Below are positions 44,663-52,147 of a stretch of 64,000 nucleotides of DNA, one piece after another. Source of the DNA: Peptococcaceae bacterium 1109 (lineage in GTDB: Bacteria; Bacillota; Limnochordia; Darwinibacteriales; Darwinibacteriaceae). The number at the start of each line of letters is the position of its first letter. Position 1 is the first letter of the stretch. The notes below the pieces were generated by a model, which saw only the letters and a program-made list of their open reading frames with translations, had not been told where the DNA came from and ran no database searches. Where the stretch lies: positions 13,733 through 77,732 of the forward strand of contig LDJB01000004.1 of NCBI GenBank assembly GCA_001028815.1, in the 5' to 3' direction. The translations under genes and the position numbers were made by a program.

Positions 44663-47320
44663 TTACTTGTTTTCCTCATTAGTACCTAGCCCTTCTATTT
44701 GCTGGACCGTTTGGGGAGAGAGGATGTCTGTAAGGGATGCCTTTCCTGTACCCTGCCTTCGCATGTACGATTCCTGAGAGAGTTCCAGAGCGCTTTCCAT
44801 GGCTTCCCTGAGCTCCCTGGCGGAGAGCAGCGCACTGCCGGCTCCCCTGATAATCACCTGCTGGAGCCCGTCGGAGGTAGCGACGGTAATGTTGTACTTA
44901 TCTTGATTGTCAAAGGCAAACTTCTCAATGTACTGGTCGGCAGTCTGGGCTGCCTTAGTAAAGACGACATGAATGTTATGGTATGCCTCTAACTCCGCTA
45001 GCTGCCGATCCTTGATGCTATACGCATCAAACACAACAATGATCTTATACGGACTCACCGCCTGATAAGAGCTTAGAGCATCCAGGAGCCGAGTGCGGGC
45101 AATGTCCATATCTTCCTGGGCAAGGCCTTTGAGCTCCGGCCAAGCATGGATCACGTTGTACCCGTCCACTAGCAGATAGTTCTCCCTCGGTGGAAGGGAG
45201 TTTGAGGGGCCCTTGCCGCGCTCTGCTTCTGCCCGGCGCTGCCCTGCCCGTTCTTTCCAGCTTGATTTCCGGCCCAGATTGCCCGTAGTCTGAAGGTAGG
45301 GGTAATCATCGTGGTCGTACTCAAATTGCTCTCTGGCCACCCCTGCCCGCGGCCTCGTAATAGGGCTGGAGCCAGGGGCAGCACGTTGTCCTTCCCTAAA
45401 CTGCGCTTCGATGTGCATGTAGTCTTTCACTTGATCCCAGGGCACGTGAAAACCTGCCCCGCCCGCGCAGAATACCGACCCAGGAGGATTGTCCACATCG
45501 GCTTCTGCATCATAGCCTATGCGCGCAATCACTTCATCTCCATTGTGGCAGGGGAAGTACCCTGCGGAGCTGCAAAACAGCCGCCCTTGGCCCCTAGTAT
45601 AGGCGGCTACTTCCTGAGCGTAGTTCTGCATCGTAGCTACCGGCGCCCGTCCCGTGAGGATTGTCATCTCGCCAGAGGTGCCTGCAATCTCCCAGGTGCC
45701 GTGCGTGCTTTCCAGATCTGTGATGGCCCTGCCCACAACCTTCTCCGGCACTTCCAGCCGGAACTCGTAGTAGGGCTCCAGCAGGACAGATTCTGCTTGC
45801 ATCAACCCCTGGCGAACCGCCCGGTAGGTGGCTTCGCGGAAATCTCCCCCTTGGGTGTGATCTAGGTGGGCCCGTCCTGCCACTAAAGTGATCTTCATAT
45901 CTGTAATGGGGGCCCCGGTGAGGACGCCCTTATGCGCCTTTTCCGCCAAGTGGGTGAGGATTAGCCGCTGCCAGTTTTTCGCAAGGAAGTCTTCACTGCA
46001 GTCAGCAGCAAACTCCAATCCGCTCCCCCGGGGAGCAGGCTCTAGGAGAAGGTGGACCTCCGCATAGTGCCCTAAGGGTTCGAAATGGCCAATCCCTTCA
46101 ACAGTGCTCGCAATGGTCTCTTTGTAGAGAATGCGCCCTGCGTCAAAGGATACATTCACGCCAAAGCGCTCTGAGATGAGCCTCTGGAGGATTTCAATCT
46201 GCACTTCCCCCATGATCTGCACCTGAATCTCCTGGAGCTGTTCATCCCACACAACGCTCAGCTCTGGTGCTTCCTCTTCCAGCTCCTTTAGTTTCGGCAG
46301 CATCACCCGGGGTTCCAATTCTTCTGGCAGCACGACCCGGTAGGACAACACGGGCTCCAGGACCGGGACCATTAGGCCGCGCTCCCCCCCGATCCCCTGT
46401 CCCGGCCGAGTTTGGGTGAGGCCTGTCACCGCGCAGACCGTTCCCGCACTGACTTCCCCCACTGCTTCATACTTCTGTCCAGAATAGATCCGGATCTGAT
46501 TGACTTTCTCTTTCCAGCCTTCACCAGTGATTTCATCCCTGACCTTCAAAACGCCCCCAGTCACTTTCAGGTGGGTAAGGCGGCTTCCCTGCTCGTCCCG
46601 GGAGATTTTGAAGACCTTTGCCCCAAATTCCTGGGGATAACTGGGGATGACAGCATAGCGCGCAAGTCCCCGCATGAACTCTTCCACCCCATCTAAGTGG
46701 AGTGCTGACCCGAAGTAGCAGGGGAACACTTTCCGCTCCCTTACCGCCTCTTTGATTTCTTCCTGGGAAAGCTGTTTTGCAGCAAGGTAGGACTCAAATA
46801 GGCCCTCATCACACAGGGCAACCCGCTCAAAAAAAGCTGCCCCCTCTCCGCCACCAAACTCCGTGCACCGGCTGTCGAGCCTTTCCTGAAGTTCCTCAAG
46901 GAGTGCTGCCTTATCGGTCCCTGGTTGATCCATCTTGTTCACGAAGATGAATACCGGGACTTTGTATACGTCTAAAAGGCGCCATAGGGTGCTTGTGTGC
47001 CCCTGCACTCCATCAGCGCCGCTGATCACCAAGATGGCGTAATCCAAAACCTGCAGGGTGCGCTCCATCTCTGTGGAAAAATCCACGTGGCCCGGGGTAT
47101 CTAAAAGTGTGATCTGCAAATCGCCCAAGGCAAAAACGGCTTGCTTGGAAAATATGGTGATGCCCCGTTCCTTTTCCAGGTCATGGGTGTCTAGAAAAGC
47201 TGTCCTTTTATCTACCCGGCCCAGCCTCTGGATTCTGCCCGCCAAGTACAGCATGCCCTCTGAGAGAGTGGTCTTTCCCGCATCCACGTGGGCAAGGATG
47301 CCGACAACTAGTTTCTTCAT
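44663..47320 (-). CDS. TetM/EF-G-like translational GTPase fused to a NYN (YacP/Rae1-like) nuclease domain
   Basis: AHVDAGKTT, RGITI, DTPGHVDF, NKMD; domain IV HTQGGDFREA; C-terminal LLVDGYNVIH...VVFDAY...TADQYIE...VATSD. Confidence 0.92.
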   Translation of the reverse strand: MKKLVVGILAHVDAGKTTLSEGMLYLAGRIQRLGRVDKRTAFLDTHDLEKERGITIFSKQAVFALGDLQITLLDTPGHVDFSTEMERTLQVLDYAILVISGADGVQGHTSTLWRLLDVYKVPVFIFVNKMDQPGTDKAALLEELQERLDSRCTEFGGGEGAAFFERVALCDEGLFESYLAAKQLSQEEIKEAVRERKVFPCYFGSALHLDGVEEFMRGLARYAVIPSYPQEFGAKVFKISRDEQGSRLTHLKVTGGVLKVRDEITGEGWKEKVNQIRIYSGQKYEAVGEVSAGTVCAVTGLTQTRPGQGIGGERGLMVPVLEPVLSYRVVLPEELEPRVMLPKLKELEEEAPELSVVWDEQLQEIQVQIMGEVQIEILQRLISERFGVNVSFDAGRILYKETIASTVEGIGHFEPLGHYAEVHLLLEPAPRGSGLEFAADCSEDFLAKNWQRLILTHLAEKAHKGVLTGAPITDMKITLVAGRAHLDHTQGGDFREATYRAVRQGLMQAESVLLEPYYEFRLEVPEKVVGRAITDLESTHGTWEIAGTSGEMTILTGRAPVATMQNYAQEVAAYTRGQGRLFCSSAGYFPCHNGDEVIARIGYDAEADVDNPPGSVFCAGGAGFHVPWDQVKDYMHIEAQFREGQRAAPGSSPITRPRAGVAREQFEYDHDDYPYLQTTGNLGRKSSWKERAGQRRAEAERGKGPSNSLPPRENYLLVDGYNVIHAWPELKGLAQEDMDIARTRLLDALSSYQAVSPYKIIVVFDAYSIKDRQLAELEAYHNIHVVFTKAAQTADQYIEKFAFDNQDKYNITVATSDGLQQVIIRGAGSALLSARELREAMESALELSQESYMRRQGTGKASLTDILSPQTVQQIEGLGTNEENK

Positions 47321-47473
47321 GATCTTCCAATCCCATCCAAAGCGAGCTTCAGCTGCTGCCTGTTCTCCTATTTATTGACTTATTCGCTTGCCCCTATCCC
47401 ATTACCTCCAGGAAAATCCCAGGCACAATAAAGAGCGGCCCTCAAAGAGCCGCCCATCCATAGGGGAAATCAC

Positions 47474-48652
47474 TTAGTAGATGGTTTTCTGCAGTTCAGC
47501 GTATTCCTCAAACAAGGTAAGGCACTGTTCTCTCCCGTACTCGGAGATCGCTAGGACAGAGGTGTCCTGCTGCCCCCCTTCAATGAAGCGGTAGATGAAG
47601 GCATCCCGGAAACCGATCTCCTCCGCATCTTCCGGCCTGCAGCCGTACACTACTTGCTTCACATTGGCCCAGATAATCGCGGAAAGACACATTGGACAAG
47701 GGTAGGCGGTGGTGTAGATCCAACAGCCAGTGAGGTCGTGGGTGCCTAAGATCTGCCCTGCTAAGCGGATGGCATTGATCTCCGCATGAGCGGTGGGATC
47801 GTGATCCCGCAGCACGCTGTTGGAAGCGACGCACACAATGTTGCCTTCTCCATCAATCACCGCGGCACCGAAAGGCCCTCCAATATCCTGCCGCATGGTC
47901 GTCCTCGCCTGTTCAATAGCCCTGGCCATGGCTTCATCCATAGCGGTACCTCCGTGCTTTGCTCCAATGTCTACGGGGAAGTCAAAATACGTATCAGGGT
48001 ACGGTTCACCCACCAGGCTGTAGTGCCACCATTCCTCAGGATAGGGAGCAAAGCCTGCGGCCACCATAGCATCTCGGAGGATGCTGCGGTTGGCGGCTTG
48101 CTCAGGGGTGATGAGGTCTGTTCCGTGGTGGGAAATCTCACCGAAGAAATCAAAACCGCTGCCCATATCTACTTCTTCCCCAGTGTCCTTGTACACCAGT
48201 GTTAAGTCCACCACGCTACCCCGGGTGTGTCCAGATTTCTCCGCAATGTAACCAAGCTCAAAGAGCCGGGACTTGTCCACCTGAGGATAGAAGATCCCTT
48301 TCATCTTCTGGTCCTCCAAGTCTGCGGCCCAGCGCACAAAATGGTCCACGGCCCGCTGTGGCCGGTAAGCATCGAAAACCTTGATGTAGTACCCCTGCTC
48401 ATCTAAGATATCCGCAGCGACTTTCAACGCCGCGGCAGCTTCTTCAGTGAGGATGGCAACGGGAGCCTCGTAACCATCGACAGGCGCTCCTACGAAGTTA
48501 TTGTCCCCGTAATACCTGATCTCAAGTTGGGCAGTTTCCACCACATCCGTGACATACACGAAACCTTCAGGAAGAGTGAATGCCGAAGCTTGAGCAGTAA
48601 CGCAGGCCAACACCAACAGTACCCAAAGGACGCCAGCTTTTCTCTTGAACAT
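47474..48652 (-). CDS. D-Ala-D-Ala dipeptidase (M15D, VanX/DdpX-like) in frame with a guanine deaminase-like domain
   Basis: Signal peptide; DAYRPQRA, SGHTRGSVVDLT, EEWWHY; then GPFGA, DPTAHAEINAIR, PCPMC. Internal GGAGG-N7-ATG at 47941. Confidence 0.88.
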   Translation of the reverse strand: MFKRKAGVLWVLLVLACVTAQASAFTLPEGFVYVTDVVETAQLEIRYYGDNNFVGAPVDGYEAPVAILTEEAAAALKVAADILDEQGYYIKVFDAYRPQRAVDHFVRWAADLEDQKMKGIFYPQVDKSRLFELGYIAEKSGHTRGSVVDLTLVYKDTGEEVDMGSGFDFFGEISHHGTDLITPEQAANRSILRDAMVAAGFAPYPEEWWHYSLVGEPYPDTYFDFPVDIGAKHGGTAMDEAMARAIEQARTTMRQDIGGPFGAAVIDGEGNIVCVASNSVLRDHDPTAHAEINAIRLAGQILGTHDLTGCWIYTTAYPCPMCLSAIIWANVKQVVYGCRPEDAEEIGFRDAFIYRFIEGGQQDTSVLAISEYGREQCLTLFEEYAELQKTIY

Positions 48653-48702
48653 CTCTCTGCACCTCCTTGAAACGTAAGCCATTCTCTCTAGCCACCCTCC
48701 CC

Positions 48703-49437
48703 TTAGCTCTCTGGCTCTAAGAGGTAGATGGAGCGCTTTCCAATCTTAAAACCTTCCAGCCGCTTGAACCCCTGAGCCTGCACCTTCTGCTGCTTGGTCG
48801 TGACCAGGGCAACCACTCCTTGGTCCCGTACAGCCGGGCGCAGATTGCTGAGCATAACCCCAATAGGATCAGTGATGTCCTGTGACCAGCTGGCGATACT
48901 TCCGTAAGGTACATCTGTAATGACGATGTCTATGGACTGAGGCGCAATCTTCCCAGCTAGGCCAGGCCGCAAGACATCTATCTCCATGCAGTGGATCTCA
49001 AGGTGAGCGGTGTGCTCCACCAGCTCCCCAAGGCGGGAAGCGCTGGCCAAAGCTTCCCTGTGAGAGTCCTTGCCGTAGAGTGCGAAGAGCTCCTCAAGCT
49101 CTGCGATGCGCCTTGCCATCCCTGCGGGGGTTAGCAGTGCAAGGTTAGCCTTGGCCAGCTCCAGAATCTCCCCGTCCACATCGGAAGCGTAAAGCTTAGA
49201 AAACTCTCTGCCGTGGAGCAGGGCTATGGTAGTCAACAAGTACGCACCCCCGCAGCAGGGATCGTAGATGGTCAGGGGAACCTTTCCCCGGGCCTTGCGG
49301 ACGCGCTCAAGGCATCGCTGGATAATCTCGCTCCCCAAGCGCACCGGGAATGCGGTTGCCCCTTTACGGTTGTACAAAACCCTGCCGCTGGCAAAATCCT
49401 CGTAGTTCTTGGCCTCAATTTCAAACCTGTACTTCAT
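48703..49437 (-). CDS. AviRa-like rRNA methyltransferase
   Basis: NYEDFASGRVLY...AFPVRL..EI..RCL, YDPCCGGAYLLT, ASDVD, ITDVPYG. Confidence 0.8.
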   Translation of the reverse strand: MKYRFEIEAKNYEDFASGRVLYNRKGATAFPVRLGSEIIQRCLERVRKARGKVPLTIYDPCCGGAYLLTTIALLHGREFSKLYASDVDGEILELAKANLALLTPAGMARRIAELEELFALYGKDSHREALASASRLGELVEHTAHLEIHCMEIDVLRPGLAGKIAPQSIDIVITDVPYGSIASWSQDITDPIGVMLSNLRPAVRDQGVVALVTTKQQKVQAQGFKRLEGFKIGKRSIYLLEPES

Positions 49438-49465
49438 GAGCTTGCCCTGTTCCACCCTTCCCACA

Positions 49466-49595
49466 CTAGTGGTGACTTCCTGTTTCGTAACACCAGCGGG
49501 CAATATCCCCGATGAGCTCTAGGGGGAGGGGCCTATCGTAGGGAAACTGCACTGCACCGCTTGAGCTCCCTGCCGCAATCTGGGCACTGCCACAC
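49466..49595 (-). pseudogene. Internally deleted zinc-ribbon/DUF1801-type gene
   Basis: GAGGAGG RBS then MWQCPDCGRELK, joined out of frame to GAVQFPYDRPLPLELIGDIARWCYETGSHH*; both ends present, middle missing. Confidence 0.65.
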
Positions 49596-49609
49596 AGCCT
49601 GCCCCTCCT

Positions 49610-50050
49610 CTACCCTTGCTGCTCTGCCCGTTCTTCCCAGAGTTTAACCCTTTCCTCAAAGCTCACAACCTTGTGCACCTGGTGCACCATCCAATGGTAC
49701 CCAAAGGGATCGAAAAAGGACGCGTGGGACACGCCATACTCTGGCATCTCCGTGATAGGCTGCACTTCGAGGCAGCCTGCATCCATGGCTTTGGCAAAGG
49801 TCTCTTTGATATCTGGTACGAGGACATTGAACCACACAGATCGGATGCCCTCTTCCCCCGGCGCCATGAGCTGAAACTCAGGGTTTTCATCTAGGAGGTG
49901 AAAACGCACTCCATAGATGGAGAAAACCGCTTCGTTCTGCCCTTGGGGGAAATCGGTTACCTCAATCCGTTCCACCTCAAAAATCTTCTCGTAAAGTGCC
50001 AATGCCGCCAAACTGTCCTTCACAACCATATCAATTTCTACTCCGACCAT
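49610..50050 (-). CDS. VOC / glyoxalase (PhnB-like) protein
   Basis: VKDSLAALALYEKIF, VPDI...FAKA..AG, DPFGYHW. Confidence 0.85.
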   Translation of the reverse strand: MVGVEIDMVVKDSLAALALYEKIFEVERIEVTDFPQGQNEAVFSIYGVRFHLLDENPEFQLMAPGEEGIRSVWFNVLVPDIKETFAKAMDAGCLEVQPITEMPEYGVSHASFFDPFGYHWMVHQVHKVVSFEERVKLWEERAEQQG

Positions 50051-50152
50051 CAACTCGGCCTCCTCACGTGCCAGGCGGCACCTTTTTTGATATAACTTCG
50101 ACCACCATACCGTGACTCCTTGCAGTCCTTCCGTTTCGCGGAAAACTCTCCC

Positions 50153-50209
50153 TTGACATACATAGAAGTCCTAGGTATACTGTTGGTAATACATAGCACT
50201 TCTAGGTAT
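50153..50209 (+). promoter_or_regulatory. Sigma-A promoter overlapped by two copies of a candidate PadR operator
   Basis: TTGACA(50153)-N17-TATACT; ATACATAG-N5-CTAGGTAT at 50158-50178 and 50189-50209. Confidence 0.8.
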
Positions 50210-50226
50210 CTGCCAAGGAGGTTCAC

Positions 50227-50583
50227 ATGGATGTCTCGAAGGACCTGATCGCTGCCTCGGCCACTCCGCTTATCCTGGCGATCCTGCAGTACGCAGACAG
50301 CTACGGCTACGAGATCATTAAGAAGATCAGAAGCGCATCGGACAACGAGTTGGTTTGGACCGAAGGAATGCTGTATCCTGTGCTCCACCGCTTAGAGAAA
50401 AATGGGTTTATCCAGTCGTACTGGAAGGAGTCCCCAGAGGGGCGCCGCAGGAAGTACTACAGGTTGCTGCCTGAAGGCAAGGGGGAGCTGGAGCGGCACA
50501 GGCAGCAGTGGGAACTGGTGTACTCTGTATTATCTGCCGCCATCCACGGCACTATTAAGGAAGGGTCGGATTCCTATGTTTGA
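50227..50583 (+). CDS. PadR-family transcriptional regulator
   Basis: SYGYEII, EGMLYPVLHRLEK.G.I, RRRKYYRL...G. Confidence 0.93.
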   Translation: MDVSKDLIAASATPLILAILQYADSYGYEIIKKIRSASDNELVWTEGMLYPVLHRLEKNGFIQSYWKESPEGRRRKYYRLLPEGKGELERHRQQWELVYSVLSAAIHGTIKEGSDSYV

Positions 50584-51916
50584 TTTGGAACAAAACATTA
50601 AATCCTGGTGTGATTACTTCCGCGCCCGGGGCTCCTTAACAGAGGAGGATATCTTGGAGATCGAACACCACCTCCGAGACCAAATCGCTGACCTTGTGGA
50701 GAGCGGCCTCAGTGAAGAGGAAGCTTTTATCATCAGCGTGAAGCGCCTCGGTAACGTCAGTACAATCTCCGAGGAGTTCTCCAAAGTCAATACGGAGAGC
50801 CTCTGGAAGCACCTTCTCTTTGACCCAGACCCAGCGGCTAAGGCCCAAACGCAGAAGCAAGTCTTTCGCGTGATCGTCCTGGCATTGCTCGCGGGAACCG
50901 CCGCTAAGCTCCCAACCCTCTTTGGGGTGGAACTGGGCTCTATCGCCTACTTCAAAAACCTCAGCTTCTACATTCTCCCCTTCATTGCTTTCTGGCTCGC
51001 CAAGAAGAATGAGGTCTCAACGAGGTTGCAGTGGATCATGGGCGGAGTTTTTGCTGCGGCACTGCTTGTCATTAATCTTTACCCAGCCTACGGGCCCAGG
51101 CATACTGAAACGCTCACCGCGATACACTTGCCCATCTTGATGTGGCTGGTGACCGGCATTGCCTACATGGGAGAGGACTGGCAGTCCAGCAAAGCCAGGA
51201 TGGACTTTTTGCGGTTCACTGGGGAAAGTGTCATCTACGGCAGCCTGCTTATGCTGGGGCTCATGGTCCTGACCATGTTTACGGTGATGATTTTCCAATC
51301 CATCGCCATTGATATGGAGTGGTTCGTTGAGAACTACCTCTTGGTCTACGGAGGCTGTGCAGTGGCCGTGCTTACGGTCTACCTTGTGGAAGCCAAAAAG
51401 AGCATTGTGGAGAACTTCGCCCCCGTGTTGGCAAAGATCTTCAGCCCGTTGTTCTGTGTCACGCTCACCGCTTTCCTGGTAGTGATGCTAGCGACGGGCC
51501 GCAGCCCCTTCGCGGAGCGGGAGTTCCTCATCGGATTCGACCTAATGCTTGTCCTAGTACTGGGGCTAGTTCTGTACACCATTTCCGCACGGAACCAGTA
51601 CGATGACCCTTCCACCTTCGACTATCTCAACACTGCGCTAATCGCCGCTGCCATCATCGTGGATGCGGCAGCGCTCTGGGCCATAGCAGGCAGGCTTTCA
51701 GAATTTGGCATTACTCCCAACAAGCTCGCGGCCCTAGGTGAAAATGTACTCTTGCTGGTTAACCTCACGGCCCTCTTGGTGCTTTACATCCGCTACTTCA
51801 TGCAGAAAATTGAGTTTAAGCGGATTGAGATGTGGCAGACCAAGTACCTCACGGTCTATGCAGTGTGGCTAGGGATTGTGGCCTTTGTGTTCCCCATCGT
51901 ATTCCAGTTTCAATAA
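50576..51916 (+). CDS. Multi-pass membrane protein with N-terminal permease-prefix (HAAS-like) domain
   Basis: Start at MFDLEQ, overlapping padR; EIEHHL.D...L...GLSEEEA....KRLG; about 10 TMs. Confidence 0.8.
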   Translation: MFDLEQNIKSWCDYFRARGSLTEEDILEIEHHLRDQIADLVESGLSEEEAFIISVKRLGNVSTISEEFSKVNTESLWKHLLFDPDPAAKAQTQKQVFRVIVLALLAGTAAKLPTLFGVELGSIAYFKNLSFYILPFIAFWLAKKNEVSTRLQWIMGGVFAAALLVINLYPAYGPRHTETLTAIHLPILMWLVTGIAYMGEDWQSSKARMDFLRFTGESVIYGSLLMLGLMVLTMFTVMIFQSIAIDMEWFVENYLLVYGGCAVAVLTVYLVEAKKSIVENFAPVLAKIFSPLFCVTLTAFLVVMLATGRSPFAEREFLIGFDLMLVLVLGLVLYTISARNQYDDPSTFDYLNTALIAAAIIVDAAALWAIAGRLSEFGITPNKLAALGENVLLLVNLTALLVLYIRYFMQKIEFKRIEMWQTKYLTVYAVWLGIVAFVFPIVFQFQ

Positions 51917-51920
51917 AGCT

Positions 51921-51969
51921 AGAAGCCTTGCCTGGTGTGTTTCGCCCGTTATCACCAAGCAAGGCTTCT
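51921..51969. repeat. Long hairpin related to the one at 30656
   Basis: AGAAGCCTTGCCTGGTG...CACCAAGCAAGGCTTCT. Confidence 0.5.
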
Positions 51970-52095
51970 GCAGTCCCCCCCAAACCCCTTCTATCTGAGA
52001 AGAACGATAGTATGCTGCTAATCTGTTAGCCCTATCTTAGCATGGACTCCCCGATTACATTAGCCAACGAAAGTTTGTTTTGATCCACGAGGCGC

Positions 52096-52132
52096 AAAAA
52101 AACCGCCGCAGCCCGTCCCTGGCGCGGCGGTT
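52096..52132 (-). terminator. Terminator after the STAND regulator
   Basis: AACCGCCGC...GCGGCGGTT followed by TTTTT on the minus strand. Confidence 0.7.
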
Positions 52133-52147
52133 GTCCTTACCCCCTTC

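Noticed and set aside
44663..47320. Calling the GTPase a true tet(M)/tet(W) resistance gene
   Set aside because: It carries an extra NYN domain and has no leader peptide or conjugative context; the family label alone does not show resistance.
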